Shown here piece by piece: positions 47,891 to 61,189 of a DNA stretch of 64,000 nucleotides. Source of the DNA: Mustelus asterias (Eukaryota); contig NC_135806.1 in NCBI RefSeq assembly GCF_964213995.1, positions 60,512,001 to 60,576,000 of the forward strand, given 5' to 3'. Position 1 is the first letter of the stretch. Every line of letters starts with the position of its first letter. The translations under genes were made by a program, and so were the position numbers. The notes beneath the pieces are model-generated. The model was not told the DNA's origin, made no database searches, and worked only from the letters and a program-made list of their open reading frames with translations.

Positions 47891-49073
47891 AAGCTGCATC
47901 AGGGGAGGGAGATTTTCCGAGATGTCTTGGGAGTGCTAGGTTGTGCTGGGAGTGGTTGCAGGGTAGGTGGGTGGGGGGGAGGGAGGGGTGGGTTGGTGGG
48001 GGGGTGTACTAAGCTGTAAAGGATGGGTGCTGAGCTGTGTTATGGAGTATTGAGCAGTATTGGAGCATTGCTGAGCCGTACTGGGACAGTATAGGGGTTG
48101 GTGGTGAGATGATGCTGAACTGGATTGGGAGATGGGTGCAGAATTGTACTGACTTATGTAGAAAAGGTGAAGAGAGAGTCCGGGGTAAGAGTAGGGAGAG
48201 TATCCAAGGAAGGGGGAATTGTTCAGTAAATGGGAGGAAACTTGAGTAAGCGGGGTGGGGGGGAGAATGTTTGGGGAAGACAGAGGAGAAAGTGGCCAGG
48301 GAAGGGAGTGGGCAGAGAGCAAGAGTGTCTTATAGGGCGAGGTTAGTAGTGTCGAAGTGGGGTCCTGGGGGGAGAACATAGGGTATTGGTGATAGGAGGG
48401 AACAGTCACAGTCAGATGGGTGAGTGGAATGCAGTATAGTGGCAAGTCCAGGGTGAGAATGTGGTAGGTGAAAGTCTCATCAGGTGGGTCATGGAGGAGG
48501 ACAAGGCAGGTGGCTTCGATAATGGTAGGGGTCACAAAGGTGACCATCAGGATTAGGGTAATGTTGGGAAAGTTTTTCCCCTTAATCTGAAGGTTTGTCC
48601 ACCCTATTCCCCCTTCCAACCTTTGCCTGCCTCCCTTGTCTAGCCTTGGTGCAATGTTTGCTAACGGCACTTGAGTGAAGTTGTGTGAGATCCCAAGAAG
48701 GAGAAAGCAACATCTATGAACCTCAAAGTTGTGGAAGAACTGAAGCTCACATAGATACAGTCATAAAACTGAATGTTCTAAATTCATACTGGTGGTGAAT
48801 TTAATTTGGAGGGAGAACTTACATCTAACAAGGTGGTCTTTTAATTAGTATTCATGATATTCTAATACAAGTAAATAGGGTTCCTGACATTGTTCATCAG
48901 GTGCCTCACCCAGCCTTGAACGTTGCAAAAACAAAATTCCAACAGTTTATCCCGCCATCGGGAAACAGACTTTTGCCTCCCTCAAAACTAAGTGCCTGTG
49001 CCAGCCATGATTCCCACTGTCGGCCGGAATGGAAAATTCTACCCTGAATGTTTGCCCTTTTAAGCTGTTGCAC

Positions 49074-49526
49074 AGAATCATAGAATCCCCACAGTGCAGG
49101 AGGAGGCCATTTGGCCTATTGAGCCTGCACCAACAGCAATCCTACCCAGGCCCTATCCCTGTAACTCCATGTATTTACCCTGCTAGTCCCCCTGACACTA
49201 AGGGTGGAATTTTACCGGCACATCCGCCCGAGGTTGGTAAGATCCTGCCCAAGGCCAACGGAGAATGCTGTTCTCCGAGCCTCACCCGCCCTCAGAATCG
49301 GGGTGGGCCTGCCAGTAAAATTCTGGCCTAAGGGTCAATTTAGCATGGCCAGTCAACCTAATCCGCACATCTTTGGACTCTGGGAGGAAACCGGAGCACC
49401 CGGAGGAAATCCACACAGACAGGGAGAGAATGTGCAAACTCCACACAGTCACCCGAGACCAGAATTGAACCCGGGTCCCTGGCACTGTGATGCAGCAGTG
49501 CTAACCACTGTGCCACCATGCCGCCC
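49074..49526 (-). mobile_element. HE1-type V-SINE split by a MITE
   Basis: SINE is continuous once 49202-49328 and one TAA are removed. Confidence 0.9.
49202..49328. mobile_element. 127-bp PIF/Harbinger MITE
   Basis: TAA TSD (49199-49201, 49329-49331); TIRs GGGTGGAATTTTACCGGC / GCCAGTAAAATTCTGGCC. Confidence 0.88.
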
Positions 49527-50688
49527 AAACTATTAAATCATGCAGCAAAGTGTGATTGCCACCGAAGGGCACTTTCCCAGTGAGAAGCATTTTCACACAT
49601 TGAACTACCCCTAATATTCTCTCAAATTTAGCACAGGGCGTACGTCCAATGAAAAAATCTTTGTTATTGTGTTGAATAGTGAGTTCTGAAAGGGATCTGG
49701 AGAAGGGCCCCGATTACTCATTCTTACTGTGTGTGTTACCTGCCTGATGATAACACATTTCTATCAAGCAAAAACTTCTAATTGACCTTTCACTTTCAAA
49801 GTACTGCCAGTGACTAGAATCAGACACATATATGCTGTACCTTTAGAATCAGACACTTACACATCCTTTGATTTGAGCAGCTTCTAAGAGATGGTGTTGA
49901 ATTTCGTGGCAGTGAAAATAAACAGTGGGTAACTCGAGAATTATATTCTGCGTTTCCTGTTTAAAAGTTGTTGGTTATGGTGTTCTCCAATGTCTCTTCA
50001 TGGGGTATAGAATTTAAGCAGCTACTAAAAAGAAAGCTAACACAGCTTTAATATGTGTCATAATGAGGCAACATTGCACTTTGCCTCTGTGTAGGACACT
50101 GCACTGACTGATCCTGTTTTCATGATTGTGATGATTGTGTTTTATGCAAACAACAAAATGATTTGGAAATGTGATTGTCCAGCGCAGTACAGCATGAATT
50201 TCTGACCAAAGATCATGAAGAGTTAGATCATGATGAGTTCCCCCTCACCCCACTCCCAGCATTTTACAGGAAGCAAAGGGACGGAGCAATTTTGAGTCCC
50301 ACCTCTCATTTGAACAGAACTGGTGAGCGGCAGAATCTGGTGTTCAAACTGAGATGGTTCAATATCAGCCATCAATCACATTAGTGGTAGTGGTGGGGTG
50401 GGGTTGGTGAAGTGGGTAGGGGAGGGGGGGGGTTAAATCATCGCACGGGTGAACGCCGGAGTGGCATCATCCTAATTTATATTTTTATTCATTCGTGGGA
50501 CATGGGCGTTGCTGGCCGGCCAGCATTTATTGCCCATCCCTAGTTTAATTAATTAATTAATTAATGTGGGGCTTTGGGGACCGCTTTTCACCTTCACTGC
50601 CCATAACACAGGACAAGGGAGGTAGGGCACATGTAGCACTGAGCTCAATTCCACAACAGCTATTGAGGCCCTGTGAATATCAAAGGAC

Positions 50689-50847
50689 AGTAAGAAGTCT
50701 CACAACACCAGTTTAAAGTCCAACAGGTTTATTTGGTAGCAAATACCATAAGTTTTTTGCTACCAAATAAACCTGTTGGACTTTAACCTGGTGTTGTGAG
50801 ACTTCTTACTGTGCTTACCCCAGTCCAACGCCGGCATCTCCACATCA
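50689..50847. mobile_element. Mini Penelope insertion made of inverted terminal sequences
   Basis: 15-bp TSD TGAATATCAAAGGAC (50674-50688, 50848-50862); arms match the Penelope end at 25649-25700. Confidence 0.88.
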
Positions 50848-51630
50848 TGAATATCAAAGGACTCAGGGTTGTATATTAAAAGGAACTTTAACAGGCAGAC
50901 AGTCATGGAGTTAAGACCGCACACAACCTTTGTATGGAATTTAGGAAACACCAGTTATACGCACATCCCATTAATTAACAAAACAATTTGACCACTTAAC
51001 ATCCCAGCACAGGCCTGAAATTAAACCTGTGCCGTCCCTTTGCTTTAAGGCTGTGTGGTGATTGTTTCTTTAAGGGAAACACAGCGGAAAGGAGGTCACC
51101 TGGCTTGAAGGACAAATAGGGATTAAGAGTGAGTAATTGCCCCGAGAGGGTGGGGGGTAGAGTCCTCTCTTAGACAAAAGACATCTAGAAGGCATCTAGA
51201 AAACATGTGGGGACTGGGGCAGTTGGTGGACTGCTCCAGGGCAGCCAGTGGGGGCTACCAGCCTCTGAATGGTTTTTCCTTATTAATAAATATCTTTTGT
51301 GTTCCTGGCGACATCTGTGAGTGTACATCATTACATTTGGCAATGAGGATCGGATGGTTTACGTGAACACAACCTCTGGCCCGACACCTGTGAGTATCCT
51401 GTTTTAATCAAAGTCTGAAGAAAGAGAAAATACTCACCCAAATGCTTGTCTTTGGGTAAATAGACCCAGTGAGATGTTGCCAGACCCTGAGGACATGGAA
51501 TGAACCTGAATTGGCCAGGGCAGTCAAAGATTTAGACTTGTATAGAGAAAAAATTAAGAGGAAATAACCTCAGAAACATGAGCTGTGATTTTGTATTTAA
51601 GGAAAAGTGGAACTTAAGTTAAAAATAAAC

Positions 51631-54181
51631 GTTGTTAGGAGTTTACTATAAGACCCCAAATAGTAATAGAGATGTGGAGGAAGAAATTGCTAAGCAGATT
51701 ATGGATAGGCGTGGGGGTCACAGGGTAGTTGTCATGGGGGACTTTAACTTTCCAAATATTGACTGGAATCTTTGTAGGTCGAATAGTTCGGATGGGGCAG
51801 TTTTTGTGCAGTGTGGGCAGGAGGGTTTCCTGATACAATATGTGGATAGGCCAACAAGAGGTGGGGCCACATTGGATTTGGTACTGGGAAATGAACCGGG
51901 CCAAGTGTTAGATTTGGTTGTGGGAGAGCATTTTGGAGATAGTGACCACAATTCGGTGTCTTTTGTTATTGCAATGGAGAGGGATAGGGCCGTATGGCAG
52001 GGCAAGGTTTATAATTGGGGGAGAGGTAATTATGATGCCATTAGGCAAGAATTAGGGGGCATAAGATGGGAACAGAAGCTGTCAGGGAAAGGCACTAATG
52101 AAAAGTGGAACTTTTTCAAGGAACAAATACTGTGTGTCCTTGATAGGTATGTCCCTGTCAGGCAGGGAGGAAATGGCCGAGTGAGGGAACCATGGTTCAC
52201 AAAAGAGGTGGAATGTCTTGCAAAAAGGAAGAGGGAAGCTTATGTAGAGATGAGGAAACAAGGTTCAGATGGCTCGATTGAGGGTTACAAGTTAGCAAGG
52301 AATGAGCTGAAAAAGGGGCTTCAGAGAGCTAGGAGGGGGCATGAGAAGTCCTTGGCGGGTCGGATCAAGGAAAACCCCAAGGCTTTTTACGCTTATGTGA
52401 GGAATAAAAGAATGACCAGGGTGAGGTTAGGGCCGGTCAAGGACAGTAGTGGGAACTTGTGTATGGAGTCAGTAGAGATAGGAGAGGTGATGAATGAATA
52501 CTTTTCTTCAGTGTTCACCAAGGAGAGGGGCCATGTTTTTGAGGAAGAGAAGGTGTTACAGACTAATAGGCTGGAGGAAGTAGATGTTCGGAGGGAGGAT
52601 GTACTAGCAGTTTTGAATAAACTGAAGGTTGATAAGTCCCCTGGGCCTGATGAAATATATCCTAGGATTCTTTGGGAGGCAAGGGATGAGATTGCAGAGC
52701 CTTTGGCTTTGATCTTTGGGTCCTCACTGTCCAGGTGATGGTGCCAGAGGACTGGAGAGTGGCGAATATTGTTCCTCTGTTTAAGAAAGGGAATAGAAAT
52801 GACCCTAGTAATTATAGGCCGGTTAGTCTTAAATCGGTGGTTGGTAAGTTGATGGAAAAGGTCCTTCGGGATGGGATTTACGACCATTTAGAAAGATGTG
52901 GATTAATCCAGGATAGTCAGCACGGATTTGTGAAGGGCAAGTCGTGCCTCACAAATTTGATAGAATTTTTTGAGGAGGTAACTAAGTGTGTTGATGAAGG
53001 TAGGACAGTTGATGTCATATACATGGATTTTAGTAAGGCGTTTGATAAGGTCCCCCATGGTCGGCTTATGATGAAAGTAAGGAGGTGTGGGATAGAGGGA
53101 AAGTTGGCCGATTGGATAAGTAACTGGCTATCTGATCGAAGGCAGAGGGTGGTGGTGGATGGAAAATTTTCGGACTGGAGGCAGGTTGCTAGCGGAGTGC
53201 CATAGGGATCAGTGCTTGGTCCTCTGCTCTTTGTGATTTTTATTAATGACTTAGAGGAGGGGGCTGAAGCGTGGATCAGTAAATTTGCTGATGACACCAA
53301 GATTGGTGGAGTAGTGGATGAGGTGGAGGGCTGCTGTAGACTGCAAAGAGACATAGATAGGATGCAAAGCTGGGCTGAAAAATGGCAGATGGAGTTTAAC
53401 CCTGATAAATGTGAGGTGATTCATTTTGGTAGGACAAATTTAAATGTGGATTACAGGGTCAAAGGTAGGGTTCTGAAGACTGTGGAGGAACAGAGAGATC
53501 TTGGGGTCCATATCCACAGATCTCTGAAGGTTGCCACTCAAGTGGATAGAGCTGTGAAGAAGGCCTATAGTGTGTTAGCTTTTATTAACAGGGGGTTGGA
53601 GTTTAAGAGCCGTGGGGTTATGCTGCAACTGTACAGGACCTTGGTGAGACCACATTTGGAATATTGTGTGTAGTTCTGGTCACCTCACTATAAGGATGTG
53701 GAAGCACTGGAAAGAGTGCAAAGGAGATTTACCAGGATGCTGCCTGGTTTGGAGGGTAGATCTTATGAGGAAAGGTTTGAGGGAGCTGGGGCTGTTCTCT
53801 CTGGAGCGGAGGAGGTTGAGGGGAGACTTAATAGAGGTTTATAAAATGATGAAGGGGATAGATAGAGTGAACGTTCAAAGACTATTTCCTCGGGTGGATG
53901 GAGCTATTACAAGGGGGCATAACTATAGGGTTCATGATGGGAGATATAGGAAGGATGTCCGAGGTAGGTTCTTTACTCAGAGAGTGGTTGGGGTGTGGAA
54001 TGGACTGCCTGCAGTGATAGTGGAGTCAGACACTTTAGGAACATTTAAGCGGTTATTGGATAGGCACATGGAGCACACCAGGATGATAGGGAGTGGGATA
54101 GCTTGTTCTTGGTTTCAGATAAAGCTCGGCACAACATCGTGGGCCGAAGGGCCTGTTCTGTGCTGTACTGTTCTATGTTCT
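51631..54181 (+). mobile_element. CR1 (HER1-like) LINE, 5'-truncated, ORF2 pseudogenised
   Basis: Endonuclease (MGDFNFP, LDLVL, SDHN) and RT (NYRPVSL, YMDFSKAFDKV, KFADD) with a few stops and frameshifts; (TTCTATG)n tail. Confidence 0.95.
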
Positions 54182-55183
54182 AAAGAGTTGCTGCAAATGT
54201 TCTTTAAAAAAGAGAAGAGAACAGAATGCACTGAGGGACTGCAGGCAGCGAGGTTCCAAAGTTTTTATAAGTGGAGAAGACTTCAACCTGTTTAAAACAA
54301 AGTTAAAGTTAGAAAGTTTTCAAAAATGGCCCCTTGGTCCTCGAGAGTGCTGGATCTGCCAGTGAAAGTGACAAAGGAAATAATTGCACATCAAAAGGAA
54401 GAGAGGAGCAAACTGTTCAAATGGCCAGAGAAGAAAAAAGCTACAGAGCTCGCTGAGAGAGCTTTACATTAGTAAAAAGAAGTGAGGCTTTAAAACTTTA
54501 AAGAAGGTTCAAAGAAGGAGCAGCAGGTTTGCGCCAAACTTCAAAAGCGCAGGAAAACACCGAGAACCAGCAGCTGCTGACAGCAGTAAAAATTGATTAC
54601 ACTCTTAAAGAGGTAATGCATTTAAAGTGGTAATACATTTCATGTGGCAATGAATTTAAAGCAATAACCACAAGCAGAAACCAAGGACAGTGGACAGCAA
54701 AAGTGGAGAAGAACCTGAATAGAGGGCAACTCTCAAAAAAGATCCTTAAGCAACAAAGCCCTCAAGGAAGAGGCAACAGAAGACCTCAGAGGAGGCAATA
54801 GATGACCCCAGAAGGAAAGCACTAGTAGATCCCATAAGGATGGCACTGAAAGGCCCCATAGAGAGGGCACTGATAGACCCAGAAAGAGGGAACTGAAAGA
54901 CCCCAAAAGGAGGACAATGATGAAATACCCCAGAAGAAGGACAACAAAAGGCAATGAACGACCAAATAAAGGGCAATGAGAGAATTGCAGAATGGAAACA
55001 AGTCAACACTTCGTTGGAGACAGACTTGACCATCAGTGAAGCAAAAAGGGTTTGCTGAAGCTAAGACAAGTAGAAATGAAAATTCCATTTGTGAAATGTA
55101 AATGTCGAGTCATAACATGATGGGTTAACCTCAGAAGAAACACAGAAATTAACGACTTCAAAAGAAACCGGGAACCATTGAAC

Positions 55184-55444
55184 ACAGCCTGTGTGGAGTT
55201 TGCACTGCTTGTGTGGAGTTTGCACTGTCTGTGTGGAGTTTACACTGTCTGTGTGGAGTTTGCACTGCCTGTGTGGAGTTTGCACTGCCTGTGTGGAGTT
55301 TGCACTGCCTGTGTGGAGTTTGCACTGCCTGTGTGGAGTTTGCACTGCCTGTGTGGAGTTTGCACTGCCTGTGTGGAGTTTGCACTGTCTGTGTGGAGTT
55401 TGCACTGCCTGTGTGGAGTTTGCACTGCCTGTGTGGAGTTTGCA
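55184..55444 (+). repeat. 20-bp minisatellite, 13 copies, derived from V-SINE sequence
   Basis: (GTGTGGAGTTTGCACTG(C/T)CT)n runs directly into the SINE body. Confidence 0.95.
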
Positions 55445-55577
55445 TGTTCTCAGTGTAGGTTCCCTCTGGGAGCTTCGGTTTCCTCCCACAGTGCAGAGAT
55501 GTGTAGGGTAAGTTGATTGGCCACGCTGAATTGCCCCTTAGTGTCATGGGGACTAGCAGGGTAAATACATGGGATTA

Positions 55578-56155
55578 TAGAACATAGAACATAGAACTAT
55601 TACAGCGCAGTACAGGCCCTTCGGCCCTCGATGTTGCGCCGACCTGTGAAACCAATCTAAAGCCCATCTAAACTACACTATTCCAATATCATCCATATGT
55701 TTATCCAATGACCATTTAAATGCCCTTAATGTTGGCGAGTCCACTACTGTTGCAGGCAGGGCATTCCACGCCCTTACTACTCTCTAAGTAAAGAACCTAC
55801 CTCTGACATCTGTCCTATATCTCTCACCCCTCAATTTAAAGCTATGTCCCCTCGCGCTAGCCATCACCATCCGAGGAAAAAGGCTCTTGCTGTCCACTCT
55901 ATCTAATCCTCTGATCATCTTGTATGCCTCTATTAAGTCACCTCTTAACCTTCTTCTCTCGAACGAAAACAGCCTCAAGTCACTCAGCCTTTCCTCATAA
56001 GACCTTCCCACCATACCAGGCAACATCCTGGTAAATCTCCTCGGCACCCTTTCCAATGCTTCCACATCCTTCCTATAATTCAGCGACCAGAACTGTATGC
56101 AATACTCCAAGTGCGGCCGCACCAGAGCTTTGTACAGCTGCAACATGACCTCATG
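55578..56155 (-). mobile_element. CR1 3' fragment
   Basis: EVMLQLYKALVRPHLEYC...RRRLRGDLIE; (TTCTATG)n tail. Confidence 0.92.
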
Positions 56156-57761
56156 GTCATTATGGGGATAGGGCCTGGGTGGGATTGTTGTCAATGCAGG
56201 CTTGATGGGCCAAATGGCCTCCTTCTGCACTATAGGGATTCTATCATTCTGTGATTCTAGAATTCTATAAAGAGGACTCAGCAGAAAGAATTAAAGTTCT
56301 AGAAAAGACATTAAAACAACAAGATGAAATGACTGACAGCAAATTTGAAAAAAAGTTGCAAAAATTTATAAAATGAAGTTAAGAAGGAGAAATTACTGAG
56401 ACATTGGAGAATAAACTGAACTCCATGAAAAGCAACCAGAAAATAAGAACAAGTCCAGTGAAGAATTGAATCAGGAGAATAAGAACTTGAAGAAGGAAGC
56501 TTGGCAATGAGAAATTAACTGAAGAGGTTAAAAACATTGAAATTAACAGCAGAATCAGCAACTCAGACAGAGAAAGAAGCTGAGATTACGAGCCAGAACA
56601 AGATTGCTGAATTGGTCCCATGAATGGAAAAGCAGCAAGCCTGTATGGAGAGTTCCATGCAAAGCTATATTTGGAGCTGTACGTAGTTAAAGTGTACCAA
56701 TAAAGGTGTTTATGTTTAAAAACACACAAGCTTCAAGATCTCATCAATGAGCCATCACAATTGCAAAAATAAAAAAAACCATATTAAGTACATAATCTGA
56801 CATGGTGCCATAATATGAAACTTCAGGAGTGGATCACGTTTGATCCCTGAAATTATTGTTTCTGAGACCAGACTTCTGTCACACCCAGTAGACATGGAGA
56901 GACGGATCGTTCGTAAACATGTGGGTCACTGAAGGGGTAGAGAGACACTCCAGCAATCAATGTTGCCATCAAGAAATGTTTTAGAACCTGTAAGCACTGA
57001 GATATCTGATCAACCTGTTATAGAAATCCATGATGTCTCCATGGAAACAAGTAATAATGAGCTGCCTGTGCCAGAAGCGGTACCTGTTATTTACAGATCC
57101 TGTTGATGTCGATCCTGTGGAAGCATCTCAGACTACAGAATTACACCATTCTACAAGGTACAAAAAAACCCCTCAAATACTCGATTTATAATTGTTCAAT
57201 GTGTACAATGTTTAGTTAGAGTTTAGGACACAGTAACTTAGCTATTGAAGATTGTATAAAGGAGTTAAAGAGTGAGGGATGTGGTGATTGTGGTGATTGT
57301 TGCTTTAAGGGTAACACAGCAGAAGAAGGTCACCTGGCTTGGGGGACCAATTGGGACTGAGAGTGGGTAATCAATCGCTCCTGGGGCTGGAGTCTCTCTG
57401 AGGCAGAAGGCATCTAGAAGGCCTACAGTAGACATATAGGGACTGAGGCTGCCAGTGGGGGGCAGCTGCCAGCCTCTGTGCAGCTTTCCTTATTAATAAA
57501 CACCCTTTGTGTTCCTGACAGAGTCTATGAGTGTGCATCATTACAGGTGGAATGACACACTAGTGGTTTCACTGACCACTGAACCATTGGTGAACTCACT
57601 AAAGTACTTATCTTAGGTGTTGCAGCATGTGTTACGGACAAGAGGGGGTTTAATTTAAACAGTCCTGATTCCCCCACTCATCACCCATCAGTAAACAGAA
57701 AGGTGGGTTTCGGCATGATCCAATTTCTATTAATAATACTATAGAGGAAATGCTGGACAGG

Positions 57762-58178
57762 TTAGACCTGTAAACCCTGGAGTTTAAAAGAGTGAGAGGC
57801 AATTTGATTGAAAAATATAACATCCTGAGGGGGCTTGTCAGGGTGGATGTTTCCTCTTGTGGGAGAACCTAGAACTTGGGGTAACTGTTTCAAAATAAGA
57901 AGTCGCCCATTTAGAACAGAGATGATGAAAAAACATCTTTCAGGGTGTTGTGAGACTTTGGAATTCTCTTCCTCAAAAGGGGTTAAGGCAGAATGCTTGA
58001 ATATCTTTAAGGCAGAGGTAGATATATTCTTGATAAACAAGAGGGTGAAAGGTTATCGAGGGTAGGCAGGAATATGAGATTGGAATTAAAATCAGGTCAT
58101 CCATGATCTTATTGAATGTTGGAACAGGCTTGAGGGGCCGAGTGGCCTCCTCCTGCATTAATTTGTATGTTTGTATGT
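57762..58178 (+). mobile_element. Old CR1 3' fragment
   Basis: Degenerate ORF2 end, GGGCCGAGTGGCCTCCTCCTG and (TGTA)n tail. Confidence 0.75.
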
Positions 58179-59242
58179 ATGTTCCATCATGGCTACTTTC
58201 CAAAAAATTAAAAACAGGACAAAGACTTTAAGAAGGCTGAAGATTTGTCTGTCTGTATCCCTGAACAAAAGGAACTTTCTAGCAATATCAGAGAATTTAT
58301 GCCTCATTATTTCTGAAGAGATGCTAACGGCACTGTGGTCTGCAGAGACCAAATTCGAAGATACAAATACATTTCATCAGCCCAGCCTGGACAATGGAGA
58401 CTACGGCCAGAATTTTACCGTCACGGGAATCAGAGCGGATGGAGGGGTGGAGCATGGAAAGGTCTGTTGACCTCAGGTGGGATTTTACGATTTTGGGACG
58501 AGCGAGGTGGTAACCCCGCGTCCTACTTGTCTGCAGGGACAAAGGACAACCTGCTTTGGAACTCTTAATAATTGAGAATCAACAACCTGAAGAATCTAGA
58601 CAAAGCAATATACTTCCTTTGTTAAAGCCAAAGTGGAAAGGTGGGATTCGCATGGCACCCCTAGCTGAGAGAACCGTTACAACATCTTGCTGTACAGCTT
58701 GTTATCTTCCATCTAACAAACAGCAGCTCAGAACAAGGATTTGGTTCGGGTGAATGTCTGGCCTCCATCTACCCTGTTTCTATTGGAACTCCTGAACTTC
58801 TATACCGCCTACACGACTCATTCACCCCCACATGCCTACCCACTGTGGAAGTCATCTCCATTGGAGAAGTGAATAATCGAACATCAGTCTTTAGCCTGGT
58901 GCCCTCTGTGAAGGAATTCACCATTGGACCTTTATTTCTGAACTTACAGGAAACAATAATTCTTTGCTCTGTTATCTTTCTTTATCCCCTCTCTTTTATT
59001 GTATGAGTAAAAGACATTCTATATAACGACCCTCCTTTCCTGTTTGAGTGTGTGAGAATAAACTACCCCTCTGAGTTAACCTTTTCTCGGGTTGGCTGTG
59101 GGATGTTAATAGAAAGTGGATCGTACTAAAAACTGAAGGTTGGAAAACATATCTCCGCTTAAAAAGGGGGAAATCAAAATCAAAACATCCTTCTGTTTAC
59201 CGATGGTGATGAGAAATCAGAGCTCTTTAAACTAAACACCCC

Positions 59243-60423
59243 GGGGACGATTCTCCCAGCTCGCTGCACTGCTCGAGCAGCGCAGCGGGCCAGGAGACAT
59301 CAGCGGAGGCCATTTCACAGGCTCCCCGCTGGGTACCACGGCGTCGCCGAGTTTCTCAGCCGAAGGTTACCAGAATAATCAGCTATGCACCGGAAATTGG
59401 GGCGGAGCTGATTACAATATGGAAAACATGATTTCCATTTCATTAGCGAGCCTGGGACTGAATTCTCCGGGTCCATGAGCATCTCCCCCTCCCCCCCCCC
59501 CGCCCCACCCAGGGAGAGGTTCACGGCAGCAGGGTTTACAACTGCTCCCCACTAATGGGAGCAGGCGGCTGACCCCGCTCGAGGGAGGAGAGGCCATTGA
59601 GGCTCCCCCAGGAGGACAGGGGCAAGGGTGGGTGTCCATGGGGAAACCCCTTGCCTGGCACCCTGGCTCTGCCTAAGTTTGCACTGGCACTACCTAGCAG
59701 ATGCAACATATGCTGCAGACACACGGCAGGGATTCTGTAGGCGGTATAGAAGTAGATGGAGGTGGAGCCTAATGGGGGCAACCGGTAGGGGTGGGGGGGT
59801 CTTGCTACCACTCTACAATTGGGATCACAGGGAGAGGAAGGGAGGAAGGAAGTGATCGGGGCTGGCCATCTGGGTTGAGGGGCTTTCGGGACTGCCGGGC
59901 TGGCGGGGTGTAGGGTGGAGGGAGGTCAAGACTGTTAGTGGAGTGTGGAATGGAAGATCAGGACTGGCCGGGTGAGGGGGAGGGGGTCGGAGAGATCATG
60001 GTTGGCCGGTGGGGTGGGAGGGAGGGGTGGTGTGGGGAAGGACATCGGGCCTGGTCATTAGAATCGGGGGCGGGTGGGAGTCAGGGAGATCAGGGCTGGC
60101 CGGGGTGGGGGTAGACAGGAGCTGCTCCGGGGAGATTCAGGAGGCCAGTAATTCGGGAATGGCGGGGTGGGAAGGCTACTGATCAGGCGGGTTGCGGGGC
60201 TGGCCCCCAATCTCAAGGATGGCAATGGGGGACCACTGCGCATGCGCCGCTCTCCACTCCGACAGATCAGCACATGCGCAGTAGTTTTCTGGAATAGGTC
60301 CACCCTCAGATTTCCAGAGTGAATCCCAGTAGGACACTCTGTGATGCACAGAGTCAGAGATTCATTCTAGAGATCATTTTCCCACAAATTGAGAACTTAG
60401 ACTTTTTTTGGGAGAATCCCGGC
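59243..60423 (-). mobile_element. Non-autonomous Harbinger-type element, same family as 41993-43028
   Basis: Both termini homologous to that copy in reverse orientation. Confidence 0.75.
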
Positions 60424-60690
60424 TGTGTGTCTGCAACACATGTTGCATCTGCTAAGGTAAATAGCATCTTGACTTCACAAATAGTTCAGCAGTGAGTGAA
60501 GCTATAGCGTGTCATTTAGCCATAAACAGCAGGGTTAAATTCCTGGTCTGTACTGAGTTAATACAGTCCAAGTGAGGTGTTACAAGGGCCAGTTTTTTTG
60601 TTTATTAATGGGATGTGCAAGTCGCTGGTGTAGTTGTTCAATCATTCAGTGCTTGATTATCTGTGTCTGTTAATTGTTCACTGTGTGCTA

Positions 60691-61006
60691 TTTCAAAGAC
60701 TATTTCCTCGGGTGGATGGAGCTATTACAAGGGGGCATAACTATAGGGTTCGTGGTGGGAGATATAGGAAGGATATCAGAGGTAGGTTCTTTACGCAGAG
60801 AGTGGTTGGGGTGTGGAATGGACTGCCTGCAGTGATAGTGGAGTCAGACACTTTAGGAACATTTAAGCGGTTATTGGATAGGCACATGGAGCACACCAGG
60901 ATGATAGGGAGTGGGATAGCTTGATCTTGGTTTCAGATAAAGCTCGGCACAACATTGTGGGCCGAAGGGCCTGTTCTGTGCTGTATTGTTCTATGTTCTA
61001 TGTTCT
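60691..61006 (+). mobile_element. CR1 3' fragment
   Basis: Nearly identical to 53874-54181. Confidence 0.92.
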
Positions 61007-61189
61007 AAGCCTTGGTGTGGTTACAGAGGGAAACAGAAACTAAAGTGGAAGTAAGAAGCTGTCAGCATGAGAGGGAACAGATATTTTAAACCATTGAGTA
61101 AAACTCTGGTTCAGATATAGAAACTAGTGTCATCTCTTTCTTTCTCCGTGGCATGATTGTTATTATTGTATAGGTACTTTCACTGTTCT

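Larger units (their letters stand above)
55184..56262 (+). mobile_element. Headless HE1-type V-SINE split by an antisense CR1 fragment
   Basis: SINE body 55445-55578 resumes at about 56159. Confidence 0.85.
51054..57545 (+). mobile_element. Old internally deleted Gypsy element with nested CR1 and SINE insertions
   Basis: Diverged LTRs 51054-51335 and 57280-57545; PBS-like TGGCAATGAGGAT at 51338; PPT before 57280; pol C-terminal relic LHHSTRYKKTPQILDL* at 57141-57191; TSD not clean. Confidence 0.8.

Noticed and set aside
47936-48670. 244-aa ORF on the minus strand
   Set aside because: Pro/Ser/Leu-rich translation of a low-complexity purine-skewed tract, with a non-ATG start and no domain
55061-55547. 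Repetitive ORFs and a CRISPR-like periodic appearance
   Set aside because: Contiguous 20-bp tandem units with no unique spacers; derived from a SINE
58620-59240. LTR-like segment
   Set aside because: Could not define termini or a TSD
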